A DNA stretch of 64,000 bases, taken from NCBI GenBank assembly GCA_963700755.1, contig CAVOYW010000008.1:141318-205317 (forward strand). The letters are read 5' to 3'. The notes beneath the pieces are model-generated. The model made no database searches, was not told the DNA's origin, and saw only the letters and a list, made by a program, of their open reading frames with translations. This DNA is from an uncultured Acidimicrobiales bacterium (GTDB lineage Bacteria > Actinomycetota > Acidimicrobiia > Acidimicrobiales > SZUA-35). The position numbers and the translations under genes were made by a program. How positions within the stretch are numbered: position 1 is the stretch's first letter; each line of letters begins with the position of its first letter. Positions 36,150-45,866 of the stretch are shown in pieces.

Positions 36150-37067
36150 ATGCGCGAGACCCCGCCGGACGAACCTCCCCTCCTCACCCTCACGACCCAG
36201 CAGCTGCAGTATCTGGCGACCGTTGCGGCCAGCCCGACCTGGGCCGTCGCCGCGGCACGCCTGGGGGTCTCGCCATCGGCACTCAGTCAGGGGTTGGCCG
36301 AACTGGAGCGTCGAATCGGCGTGCCCCTGTTCGACCGCCAGGGCCGCCGCCGAGTCCTGACGCCGGCCGCGGCCGAAGTGGTCGCCTACGCCGAGCGGGT
36401 CGTTGCCCAGACCCGAGACCTCGGGCGCTGGGCCGCGGCCCTTCGCCGGGGATCCACCGGTCGACTCCGGCTCGGTATGATCGATGCCGCTGCCGTCGAG
36501 TATTTCCCGACCCATCTCGCCCGGTTCCGGGCCGAGCGCCCGGATGTCGATCTGCGTCTCACCGTCGCCCCGTCGGCTGCGCTGTTGGCCCAGTTGCGAG
36601 AGGCGATCCTCGATGTGGCGGTCGTGGTCGATCCACCGCCACCGGCCGACGATCTCGACCTGACCCCGCTGCTCGAGGAGGATCTGGCGCTGTATGGTCC
36701 GGCCGCAGCGGCCGGACTCCCCGCCGACCGGTGGGGGCCGTTCGTGCTGTTCCCCGAGGGGTCCCACACCCGGGCCAGGATCATCTCGGCGCTCACCGAA
36801 CTGGGAGTCACGGTCGACATCGTTGCCGTCTCCCATCAGCCCGAGGTCCTCCGCACGATGGTCGATCTCGGACTCGGTTGGACCGTGTTGCCGGTCGCCC
36901 AGGCCGAATCGGGCGACACCCCGCTCCATCGAGCACGATCCCGACCCATCACCACCCGTCGATTGGTCGCAGCCCGGCGCCGCAGCTCGATCGACGATCC
37001 GGCGGCACGAGCCCTCGTCGCCTCGCTCTCGGGACCGGGAGCGAGTCCGGTGGCCCAGGCTCCGTAG
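36150..37067 (+). CDS. LysR family transcriptional regulator
   Basis: The HTH region is LQYLATVAASPTWAVAAARLGVSPSALSQGLAELERRIGVPLFDR, followed by a LysR substrate-binding domain. The gene is divergent from ino1. Confidence 0.85.
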   Translation: MRETPPDEPPLLTLTTQQLQYLATVAASPTWAVAAARLGVSPSALSQGLAELERRIGVPLFDRQGRRRVLTPAAAEVVAYAERVVAQTRDLGRWAAALRRGSTGRLRLGMIDAAAVEYFPTHLARFRAERPDVDLRLTVAPSAALLAQLREAILDVAVVVDPPPPADDLDLTPLLEEDLALYGPAAAAGLPADRWGPFVLFPEGSHTRARIISALTELGVTVDIVAVSHQPEVLRTMVDLGLGWTVLPVAQAESGDTPLHRARSRPITTRRLVAARRRSSIDDPAARALVASLSGPGASPVAQAP

Positions 37068-37076
37068 ACTCGGGCG

Positions 37077-37541
37077 ATGTCCGACGACGACCGGGACGAC
37101 GAATTCGCGGCAATCGAGTTCGCCGACGACGAGATCGTCCCCATCGCCGATCTGGTTTCGCTCTACGAGTCGGTGGGCTGGCTGATCTATGCCTCCGACC
37201 CCGATGCGCTGGCCCGGGCCGTCGACCGGTCGACCTATGTCACCACCGCCCGCACCGCCGAGGGCGACCTGATCGGTCTTGCTCGTTGCCTGTCCGACGA
37301 CGTGTCGATCATGTACCTGCAAGAAGTGTTGGTACACCCCGACCACCGACGAACACGGATCGGCACGGTCCTGGTCGGTGCGTGCCTGAATCGTTTCGAC
37401 CACGTTCGCCGGAAGGTCCTGCTCAGTGACGACGAGCCCGGCCAGCACGAGTTCCACCGATCGCTCGGTTTCCACGACCTGGATGCGATCAAACCGATCG
37501 AGCTCCGAGCGTTCGTCCAGATCCCCGGTATCGACGACTGA
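37077..37541 (+). CDS. GNAT family N-acetyltransferase
   Basis: The acetyl-CoA binding segment is VHPDHRRTRIGTVLV, and the product is 154 aa. Confidence 0.8.
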   Translation: MSDDDRDDEFAAIEFADDEIVPIADLVSLYESVGWLIYASDPDALARAVDRSTYVTTARTAEGDLIGLARCLSDDVSIMYLQEVLVHPDHRRTRIGTVLVGACLNRFDHVRRKVLLSDDEPGQHEFHRSLGFHDLDAIKPIELRAFVQIPGIDD

Positions 37542-37577
37542 GCACGGCGACACCGTTGGCGTGCAGGATCGGCCCGC

Positions 37578-38708
37578 TCAAGCCGCCACCACACCGAGGC
37601 GCCGCCGCAGTTCGGCCTCGAGCGCGATGGCCTCGTTGCGGCCGAAGGCCGAACCGAGAGCACTCGGGATCGGCATCGTGACCGATTCGCCGCTCGCTCG
37701 GTGGATCTCGAGGAACCAGCTCGACGCATCTCCGATCTCGGGCGAACTGTGGGTTTGTCGGAGTTCGATCGCCAAGGACCGCACATCGGCGGCCGGGATC
37801 ACCAACGGCTCCTTGCTCGATCGTTTGATCGAGAGCCCGGCCCGATCGACCCCGATCTGGAACCGGCGACCGATGGTGTAGAAGAAGTCGATGCCGGCCC
37901 CGATCACCAGGATCAGCACCGGGACGAACATCGACAACGCAACCGCCGTCAGCCCGTTCTCCCATTCGCTGACGGCGGCAAAGACTGCGATCGCCAGGGC
38001 AAACCCGACCACCCCGATCCGCAGCCGGCGCCGATTCCGGGCCCGGTTGGGATGAGTGGGCAGCCTCCAGACGAACGCGTCGGGTGAGTTCACCACCGAC
38101 CCCACGACCGGGGTCGATACCGAAGGGCGGCGAACACCACTGTCTCCGGGCTCTGCCGACCGGGCCATCGACGACTCCGTGCTCGCTCCCACCACCGAAC
38201 CACCATTGGCCCAGGCGGTCCACCGCCGCAGCTCGGTCTCCAACGAGCGGATCACGGTCTCGTCGAGATTCCAGTAGGTCGCGATCGCAGCGATCTCGGC
38301 GTGCCAGGCGCCGTCACGAGCGACGGCCTCGATCGACCAGCGCCACTGCGGGCGCTTGTTGCGTCGACGGATGGCCACGTCCGTGACCGTCCGCAGGTCG
38401 ACCGAGGTCGACCCTCGGGCATCGGACACGGTGAGCGTGCCCATGCGATCGATCCGGACCACCGTCGAGCGGAGCCGGCGCGAATCCCAGGCGCCCAGGA
38501 CCCCCAACCCCGCGAGCATCAGGCCCACGACGATCAGGGCCCGAGCATCGCCGGCGAACGCCGTCGCGGCACTGGCCACTCCCCACACCACCAGACCGAT
38601 CCCGCCTGCGAAACAGACTGCCTGGCTGAACCGGCCCTTGCGGGCGAGATCGGTCGACACCGGGGCGCGCCACTCATAGACGGATTCGGGTACGACAACA
38701 TCGGACAC
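37578..38708 (-). CDS. membrane protein with two tandem [2 TM + PH-like] modules (YdbT/bPH_2-like)
   Basis: There is an internal duplication. Each module is 2 TM helices plus an ~80-aa soluble domain. The second module ends in GSAFGRNEAIALEAELRRRL. The protein is paralogous to the next gene. Confidence 0.5.
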   Translation of the reverse strand: MSDVVVPESVYEWRAPVSTDLARKGRFSQAVCFAGGIGLVVWGVASAATAFAGDARALIVVGLMLAGLGVLGAWDSRRLRSTVVRIDRMGTLTVSDARGSTSVDLRTVTDVAIRRRNKRPQWRWSIEAVARDGAWHAEIAAIATYWNLDETVIRSLETELRRWTAWANGGSVVGASTESSMARSAEPGDSGVRRPSVSTPVVGSVVNSPDAFVWRLPTHPNRARNRRRLRIGVVGFALAIAVFAAVSEWENGLTAVALSMFVPVLILVIGAGIDFFYTIGRRFQIGVDRAGLSIKRSSKEPLVIPAADVRSLAIELRQTHSSPEIGDASSWFLEIHRASGESVTMPIPSALGSAFGRNEAIALEAELRRRLGVVAA

Positions 38709-38774
38709 AGGGTTCCCTCCTCGTGCTGTCGGCCAGGGTAGGAGACGTCGGGGTCGCCAACAAGGAAAACGGTG

Positions 38775-39329
38775 TCAGCGCTGGAGGCGGCGCCGCAGCT
38801 CGCCTTCGAGCGCATTCGCCTCGGACCGGCCGAAGGCGCTTCCGATCCCGACGGGAACCAGCGCCGACAGCGACTCGCCGTCGGCCCGGTCGATCACCAC
38901 GTACCAACCCGGTTGGCCGGCAGGCGAGCGGACACCCGCGGTCTTCGACACGACCGAGACAGCCACGATGTCGTCGGCATCGACCCGATCACGCCGGCCC
39001 CCTCTCGCGAGCGTCAGCACCTGGTCGCCGACCTCGACACGAAAGCCGCTCCCGACGGCGAAGAGCCGATCGATCCCGACGGCGATGGCGACCAGCAGCA
39101 GGGGCACGATCAGGGCGAAGACCACCGCATCGAGCCCATCGCTCCACACCGAGGTTGCTGCCCACACGGCAGCGAGCCCGATCAGGACCGCCGAGCCGAG
39201 CCGGATCTGGCGTCGGGCTGCCGTTGCCGCAGCCGTGAGCGGTGGCGTCCACGCGTAGCGCTCGGGACTCGATTCGACCGTACCCCGTGGCACGGTGTCG
39301 GGAGGGAGCGGGGCGTCGTCGGTGGTCAT
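38775..39329 (-). CDS. membrane protein with one [2 TM + PH-like] module (YdbS/bPH_2-like)
   Basis: The ATG at 39329 gives MTTDDAPLPP. The C-terminal motif GSAFGRSEANALEGELRRRL is shared with the preceding paralog. Confidence 0.5.
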   Translation of the reverse strand: MTTDDAPLPPDTVPRGTVESSPERYAWTPPLTAAATAARRQIRLGSAVLIGLAAVWAATSVWSDGLDAVVFALIVPLLLVAIAVGIDRLFAVGSGFRVEVGDQVLTLARGGRRDRVDADDIVAVSVVSKTAGVRSPAGQPGWYVVIDRADGESLSALVPVGIGSAFGRSEANALEGELRRRLQR

Positions 39330-39345
39330 GGCAGCCGGGGCGGCC

Positions 39346-40797
39346 TCAATCGACCAGCAACGGGATCTTGGTGCGGTGGGTCGCCCGATGCGTGACCTCG
39401 ACGAACTCACCCATGAGGTACTGGTGTCGGGCATCGGTGACCAACACCGTGGCGTAGGTGCCGGGCCGCAGCCCTGGACCACCGACCCCCTCCGGGGTCG
39501 GCGTGTCGAGGACGAAATGGACGAGCTTGTTCTGAGCGGTGCGTCCGGTGAGCACGCCCGGGTCCTTCTTCGAGGGTCCTTCGACCACGACCTCTTCGAC
39601 CCGGCCGATGCGGGCACGGTACCGGGCCAGAGCCGATCGTTCGATCACGGTTCGAAGGGCGGCGTACCGCTCCTTGACCACCTCCGGGTCGCAGAAATCG
39701 TCGACCATGTCGGCCGCCTCGGTGCCGGGCCGAGGTGAGAACACGAAGGTGTAGGCGCTGTCGAATTCGGCATGGGCAGCAACCTCGAGTGTTCGTTCGA
39801 AGTCCTCGTCGGTCTCGCCCGGGAATCCGACGATGATGTCGGTGCTCACCGCGAGGTCGGTCACCGTGGCTCGGGCCTCGGCCAGCTTCTCGAGGTACCG
39901 CTCGGCGGTGTAGCCGCGGTGCATCACGGCCAGCAGGCGATCACTGCCGGACTGGAGGGGGAAGTGCAGATGAGGAACGACGGTCGGTGTCTCGGCCATG
40001 GCGGCGAAGACGTCGGGCGTCATGTCCTTCGGGTGTGGACTCGTGTAGCGCACCCGCCGGACCCCGTCGATGGCCCCGACCTCACGCAGGAGCCGGGCGA
40101 ACATCGGGCGAAGCTTCACGTCGTGGCCGGCCCGGCGGGCGGCGAGGGCAAGATCGCGCCCGTACGAGTTGACGTTCTGGCCGAGCAGGGTGATCTCGGT
40201 GACACCATCGGCCGCAGCCCGTTCGGCCTCGGCGACGATGTGTTCGAGCGGTCGGCTGATCTCGGCCCCCCGCACGGCCGGAACGATGCAGAACGCACAG
40301 TTGTTGTCGCAGCCGACCTGGATCGTGAGCCACCCGGCGTAGTCGACGTTGCGCTTCGCCGGCAGGGCCGACGCAAAGGCCTGATCGTCGTCGACGTCGG
40401 CCTGGTCCCAGATCTCGGTGACCGGCCCCGACAGGCGGGCCTGGGCCATGAGCCGGGTGGCCCGATGGACATTGTGGGTGCCGAACACCACGTCGACGTG
40501 ACCGGCCCGGCGTTGGATCTCGTCCTTGTCCTTCTGGGCGAGGCAACCGGAGACCACGATCTGCAGATCGGGATTGTCGACCTTGGCCACCTTCAGGTTG
40601 CCGAGGGCCCCGTAGAGCTTGTTGTCGGCATTCTCCCGGATACAGCACGTGTTGAGCACCACGACATCGGCGTCGGCGACCGAATCGGTGGCGGTGTACC
40701 CCTCGGCTTCGAGCGACCCGGCGATGCGTTCGGAGTCGTGCTCGTTCATCTGGCAGCCGTAGGTCTTCACCAGGTAGCGCTTCGGGGAGTCAGCCAT
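39346..40797 (-). CDS. miaB: tRNA-i6A37 methylthiotransferase
   Basis: The protein has YGCQMNEHDSE, the radical-SAM motif CDNNCAFCIVP and a TRAM domain. The ATG is at 40797. Confidence 0.93.
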   Translation of the reverse strand: MADSPKRYLVKTYGCQMNEHDSERIAGSLEAEGYTATDSVADADVVVLNTCCIRENADNKLYGALGNLKVAKVDNPDLQIVVSGCLAQKDKDEIQRRAGHVDVVFGTHNVHRATRLMAQARLSGPVTEIWDQADVDDDQAFASALPAKRNVDYAGWLTIQVGCDNNCAFCIVPAVRGAEISRPLEHIVAEAERAAADGVTEITLLGQNVNSYGRDLALAARRAGHDVKLRPMFARLLREVGAIDGVRRVRYTSPHPKDMTPDVFAAMAETPTVVPHLHFPLQSGSDRLLAVMHRGYTAERYLEKLAEARATVTDLAVSTDIIVGFPGETDEDFERTLEVAAHAEFDSAYTFVFSPRPGTEAADMVDDFCDPEVVKERYAALRTVIERSALARYRARIGRVEEVVVEGPSKKDPGVLTGRTAQNKLVHFVLDTPTPEGVGGPGLRPGTYATVLVTDARHQYLMGEFVEVTHRATHRTKIPLLVD

Positions 40798-40810
40798 CAC
40801 GGCGCCAAGG

Positions 40811-41527
40811 CTACCGATCGGGCGCCGCTGCGGTGTCGGCGACCACGACCGAGGCCACCGGGTCGAGCAGACCGGCCGGGATCGTGGCATCCCCGGCGAG
40901 CAGTCGAGCCAGAGCCGACGCCTTGTCGGCGCCCTTCACCAGCCAGAGGACCAGCCGGGCCCGGTCGAGGGCAGGACGGGTGAGCGTGACACGACGAGTC
41001 CCCTGATAGTCGCCGGTGATCGCCACGTCGACGTCGACGACCCCGAGAACCGGGTCACCGGGGATCAACGATGCCGTGTGACCGTCGGACCCCAGTCCCA
41101 GGTGGAGCACATCGATGGTCGGGGGTGTGCCCGCCAGCTCGGCGAACTCGTCGAGGAACCCGGCGATGCCCTCGTCGATCGGCGATGCCACCGGTAGCGG
41201 CAGCCAGCGGACCGGGAGACCGGCGAAGGCCTCGAGCTGCCCGGTGAGGTTGCGGTCGCCCGTCCCGATGGCGGCGATGCGCTCGTCGACCTGGACCAGC
41301 ACGACGCGATCCCAGGCGAGATCGCGTCGAGCGAGGTCGACGAAGACCGATGCCGGGGTCGACCCGCCACTGAGACCGATGACGCACCGGCCGCGAAGCC
41401 CGATCGCCGACCGGATGGCCGCTTCGAACTCGTCGGCCGCGACCCCAGACCAGGCATCGGGCTCGACGACCTCGACCCGGAACGGTGCCGCATCGCGGTG
41501 CCCGCGGCGAACGAGGTCGTCAGTCAC
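40811..41527 (-). CDS. pgl: 6-phosphogluconolactonase
   Basis: The protein has GLSGGSTP and LGLGSDGHTASL motifs. The GTG at 41527 overlaps the end of the ROK gene by 8 nt. Confidence 0.85.
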   Translation of the reverse strand: MTDDLVRRGHRDAAPFRVEVVEPDAWSGVAADEFEAAIRSAIGLRGRCVIGLSGGSTPASVFVDLARRDLAWDRVVLVQVDERIAAIGTGDRNLTGQLEAFAGLPVRWLPLPVASPIDEGIAGFLDEFAELAGTPPTIDVLHLGLGSDGHTASLIPGDPVLGVVDVDVAITGDYQGTRRVTLTRPALDRARLVLWLVKGADKASALARLLAGDATIPAGLLDPVASVVVADTAAAPDR

Positions 41528-42431
41528 GACCGATCGCCTTCCACCAGGCAGCGGCGCCGGCCAAGCCGGAATCGTCGCCGAGTTCGGCAGACACGATCTG
41601 GATCGTTTCGATCGAGGGGCCGTGACGAACGACGTGGTCCTCGATGGTCGGCAACACGAGATCGGCATTCATGCCGACGCCGCCACCGACGACCACCATC
41701 TGGGGAGTCACGATCCAGCACAGATTGACCACGCCGAGGGCAACCGCGGTGATGGCCTCGTTCCACACGCCCACTGCGGTCGGATCTCCCGAACGCACCA
41801 GATCGGCCAGGGCTGCTCCCGACGCCCCCAGTCCACGGTCGGCGGCCATGCGGGTCATCGCGGTCCCGGCGCCGAGGTATTCGACGGTTCCGTCCTGACC
41901 GGCGGCCAGCCGGACCCGGTCGACGACACTGTGCCCGACCTCACCGCCCGAGTAGCGACCACGCATCAGCCGCTCGCCGAGGACGATGCCGGCACCGACA
42001 CCGGTGGAGACGGTGACGAACACGACGTCACGAGCTCCGACACCGGCGCCGAAGCTGGACTCACCGACGGCGGCCAGATCGGCGTCGTTGGCGAGTGCGA
42101 TCTCGAAACCGCTTCGCTTGCGGAGCCAGTCGTCGTTGAGCATCGGGATCCACTGCGGCGGCAGATTCGGCGCGGCAACGAGCTGTTCGGCGTCGTAGTC
42201 GACCACGCCGGGAACACCGATCACGGCCCGCGACACCGCGCGACCAGCGGCCACCTCGGCCATCATCGTGCAGACGAACGATGGATCGGCGTCCCCGTGA
42301 GGGGTCACCCGCCGAATCCGGTCGTGGACCGTACCGTCGGGATCGACCAGGGCCGCCCGAACGTGGGTGCCGCCGAGGTCGACCGCGAGCATCGGACCGG
42401 CCCCGGCCGGGACCGCGCCTGCGCCGACCAT
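41520..42431 (-). CDS. ROK family glucokinase
   Basis: The protein has DLGGTHVRAAL, ANDADLAAVGE and GEVGH motifs. The ATG at 42431 shares one nt with the gnd stop. Confidence 0.8.
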   Translation of the reverse strand: MVGAGAVPAGAGPMLAVDLGGTHVRAALVDPDGTVHDRIRRVTPHGDADPSFVCTMMAEVAAGRAVSRAVIGVPGVVDYDAEQLVAAPNLPPQWIPMLNDDWLRKRSGFEIALANDADLAAVGESSFGAGVGARDVVFVTVSTGVGAGIVLGERLMRGRYSGGEVGHSVVDRVRLAAGQDGTVEYLGAGTAMTRMAADRGLGASGAALADLVRSGDPTAVGVWNEAITAVALGVVNLCWIVTPQMVVVGGGVGMNADLVLPTIEDHVVRHGPSIETIQIVSAELGDDSGLAGAAAWWKAIGRD

Positions 42432-43462
42432 CAAGCTCCCTGCTCGGAGTGATCGCGCTCGGCGTGTCCTCCGAACTCGCTGCGCATCGCGGACAGCACC
42501 TTGTTCGACAGGGTTGCGTTGCCACGAGAGGCGAAACGGCTGAACAGCGCATCGGCGATGGTCGGAATGGGCGCACCCGACTCGACCGCGGCCAGCACCG
42601 TCCACCGCCCCTCACCCGAGTCCGACACCTGGCCCTGGAACTGGTCGAGGGCCGGGTCGGCGTGGAGGGCAGCGGCAGTGAGATCGAGCAGCCACGAACT
42701 CACGACACTCCCCCGTCGCCAGACCTCGGTGATCGCAGACAGGTCGAAGTCGTACTGGAACCGCTTGGGATCTCCCAACGGCGCGGTTTCGGCATCGACG
42801 ACATGATCGGCCGACCCGACGTTCGCCCGATCGAGCAGGCCGAGCCCCTCGGCGAACGCGGCCATGACGGCGTACTCGATGCCGTTGTGGACCATCTTGA
42901 CGAAGTGGCCGGCACCGGGAGGACCGCAGTGCAGGTAGCCGAACTCGGCCTGGTCGGGCTCGCCCTCGCGGCCGCGGGTCCGGGGAGCGGTGTCGATACC
43001 GGGGGCCAGCGCCCGGAAGACCGGGTCGAGCCGCTCGACGGCCGGTGTCGCCCCACCGATCATGAGGCAGAAACCCCGCTCGAGGCCGAAGACACCGCCA
43101 CTGGTCCCGACGTCGAGATGATCGATGCCCCGTTCGGCCAGCACCTCGGCCCGGGCGATGTCGTCGGGGTAGTGGCTGTTGCCGCCGTCGATCACGGCGT
43201 CACCGGATTCGAGGTGTTGGGCGACATCGGTGACGACGAGGCCGGCGACCGCGGCCGGCACCATCACCCACACCGCCCGGGGTGTCTCGAGCCGCTCGAC
43301 GAGGTCGGCCACCGAGTCGGCGCCCACGGCGATGCCCTCGGCGACCAGGGCCGCGACAGCGGCAGTGTCACGGTCGTAGACGACGCAGTCGATGCCCGCT
43401 CGATGCAACCGACGAACCAGGTTTGCCCCCATCCGCCCCAGTCCGATCATTCCCAGCTGCAT
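42431..43462 (-). CDS. gnd: 6-phosphogluconate dehydrogenase, decarboxylating (short Gnd/YqeC-like type)
   Basis: The protein has the MIGLGRMGANLVRRL Rossmann motif and GAGHFVKMVHNGIEY. GGAGG precedes the ATG at 43462. Confidence 0.88.
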   Translation of the reverse strand: MQLGMIGLGRMGANLVRRLHRAGIDCVVYDRDTAAVAALVAEGIAVGADSVADLVERLETPRAVWVMVPAAVAGLVVTDVAQHLESGDAVIDGGNSHYPDDIARAEVLAERGIDHLDVGTSGGVFGLERGFCLMIGGATPAVERLDPVFRALAPGIDTAPRTRGREGEPDQAEFGYLHCGPPGAGHFVKMVHNGIEYAVMAAFAEGLGLLDRANVGSADHVVDAETAPLGDPKRFQYDFDLSAITEVWRRGSVVSSWLLDLTAAALHADPALDQFQGQVSDSGEGRWTVLAAVESGAPIPTIADALFSRFASRGNATLSNKVLSAMRSEFGGHAERDHSEQGA

Positions 43463-43604
43463 GACAACCTCCGATTGGCGAGCCCCCAGTCTGCCCCGCT
43501 TCGCCGATGGAGACGTGACCAATCGCGACGAGGCCGCGGGTGCAGCCCCTCTCGGCCATCCCCTCCCGGTGTACATCGGTGGCGTGCTGCGCCAGACTCC
43601 GGGA

Positions 43605-44606
43605 ATGACCGACCCGTTGACCCCCGCCAAGGACGCCCGGCCACTCGGCGCTCGCTGGGGGCTGGCCGGCGGTGTGGCCCTGTCGTCGATCGATGCGGTT
43701 CGCGAGACGGCGAGGTTTGCCGAATCGGCCGGGTTCGATGGGCTGTGGATCTCCCAGTCGAACGCAGTCGACCCGCTCGTCGCACTGGCGGCCGTCGGCG
43801 GCGACGTTCCCACGCTGGCCGAGGTCGGCACCTCGGTCGTGCCGCTCTACGGGCGTCATCCGGTCGGGTTGGCCCAGGAGGCGATGACCGCCCAGTCGGC
43901 GCTCGGCGGTCGGCTGACGCTCGGAATCGGCCCGTCGCACCGACGATCGGTCGAGGGTTCGATGGGCCTGTCGTGGGATCGACCATTCGGCTACACCTGC
44001 GACTTCCTCGACGGGCTGCAACCGCTGCTGGCCGGCGACCCGGCCGATGTCGAGGGAACCGATCTCACCACCCGCGCCCACCTGGCCATCGATGCCCCCG
44101 ACACACCGATCCTCCTCGCTGCGCTGGGCCCACGGATGCTCGAACTGGCCGGATCACGAACGGCAGGGACGACCGTCGGCCAGTGCGGACCGAAGACGAT
44201 CGCCGGCCACATCGCCCCACGTGTCATCGAGGCGGCCGAACGGGCCGGGCGGCACCGTCCTCGCATCATGGCGCTGGTGAGGATCTGTGTGACCGACGAT
44301 CGAGCGGCGGCCTACGCCCAGGCCCGTCAGGTCGGGGCCGCCTACCGAGACCTGCCCTCCTACGCTGCCGTGCTGGCCCGGGAAGGGCTGACCGAGCCGG
44401 CCGATCTCCACCTCATCGGGTCGTGGGAACAGGTGCTCGACGGGCTTGGCACCTACACCGACGCCGGCGTCACCGACCTCCGGATCGAGGTGGTGGCCCC
44501 GACCCCTGCCGACACCGAGCGCACACGCGACGCACTGGCCGGCCACCTGTCGAACCGAGGCGATCAGGCCGACGCCGCAAACGCCTCGGCCAGTTCGAAC
44601 ACCTGA
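43605..44606 (+). CDS. luciferase-like monooxygenase (LLM) family, probably an F420-dependent oxidoreductase
   Basis: The protein has a TIM-barrel LLM pattern (FDGLWISQ...LGIGPSH...). The ATG is at 43605. Confidence 0.75.
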   Translation: MTDPLTPAKDARPLGARWGLAGGVALSSIDAVRETARFAESAGFDGLWISQSNAVDPLVALAAVGGDVPTLAEVGTSVVPLYGRHPVGLAQEAMTAQSALGGRLTLGIGPSHRRSVEGSMGLSWDRPFGYTCDFLDGLQPLLAGDPADVEGTDLTTRAHLAIDAPDTPILLAALGPRMLELAGSRTAGTTVGQCGPKTIAGHIAPRVIEAAERAGRHRPRIMALVRICVTDDRAAAYAQARQVGAAYRDLPSYAAVLAREGLTEPADLHLIGSWEQVLDGLGTYTDAGVTDLRIEVVAPTPADTERTRDALAGHLSNRGDQADAANASASSNT

Positions 44607-45773
44607 CGCTGGGCATGGCTCCCGCCGAGCTTCCAGCGCCGGTCGCGGGTGCGGGCGAGCAGAACCGCGCCCTCCCGGGTCCGGCCCTGGGCGATGGCGA
44701 GCATCGCCCGGGCGGTATCGAGGCCGACCTCGTCGATCACGCGCCCGGCATTCGTCGCGGGACCGCTCCAGGCGGCCATGCCCTCGATCAGACGGGCGGC
44801 GTCGGCGTCGGCGCCGGCCCGGCCGAGCGCGTAGGCGATGTGGGCATCGGCGAACGGATGCGAATGATGACCGAGACGAAGCGTCGAGGGTTCGACCAGC
44901 GCAGTCCATCGGTCGCCGACATCGACCCCGGAGAACTCGAGGCGGGCGAGCCCGTCGATGGCGTTGGTCAGCGACAGCGAGTCGGTGGCGTCTCCCGGCT
45001 GGACCTCGCGGTCGTACAGCTCCAGGAGCCGGTCGTGATCACCGGTCCGGAGGTGGATGATGGCGTGGTGCCACCAGAGGTGGCGGGCAAAGGAGCCGTG
45101 TGCGTGGAGCACGCCGTCGCGTCCTTCGAACCAGGCCAGCCCGTCATCGGTCCGGGCCTGCATTTCGAGGACGTGCGCCACCGCGTGGATCGACCAGAGA
45201 TCATGCTCGTCGGTGTCGACCGCCGACCGCCCATGGCGCTCGGCATCGGCGTACTCGCCCAGTTCCTCGAGGGCGAAGGCCACCATGCCGTCGAGGTGGC
45301 TACGCCTCGGCCGATCGTCCCATCGATCGATGGCCCGACGACTCGAGACCAGCATGTCGGCACATCGCCCCTGTGAGAACAGCGCGAAGTAGCGCAATCG
45401 CAAGGCCAGGATGTCGGTCGGCCAGCGGGTCAACAAGCGGTCCCACGTTTCGAGCGTGGCATCGAGGTCGCCGTCGAGCCAGGTCTCGAGGGCCTCGAGA
45501 TGCAGGCGTTCCCGGGCATTCAGGTCGAGATACCGACCCCGCGCGGGCGGCCTCTGCGGCCCGCTGATGATCGGCCGCCGTATTGGCCTGGACCAGCAGC
45601 AGGCCCAAGGCCAATGTCGACATCGGCGCCGCCGGCTCCGCCACCGCACGGGCGAGACGCTGCGGAAGGTCCTTGGCGAACGTGACGAATCCGTCGACCA
45701 GCGAAACGTACCGGGCCAGCGCGTCCGGGTCGGGTGCGCTGGTGTCGAGTCCCCACGGGTCGATCTGCTCCAT
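44564..45773 (-). pseudogene. TTC38-like tetratricopeptide repeat protein, with one frameshift as sequenced
   Basis: The N-terminal 80 aa lie in the frame of ORF 45300-45809 (MEQIDPWGLDTS…HQRAAEAARAG). The rest lies in the frame of ORF 44564-45649 (RYLDLNARERLHLEALETW…). The switch is at a C/G run near 45530-45545. Confidence 0.6.
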
Positions 45774-45866
45774 GGCCCCGAACCTACGGCTGCGGTCCGG
45801 ATGCTTCAAGTGCGGTCCGGCAGGAGGGGGAACGCCGCTCCCGCGGAGACGACGGTCGAGGCGCGG

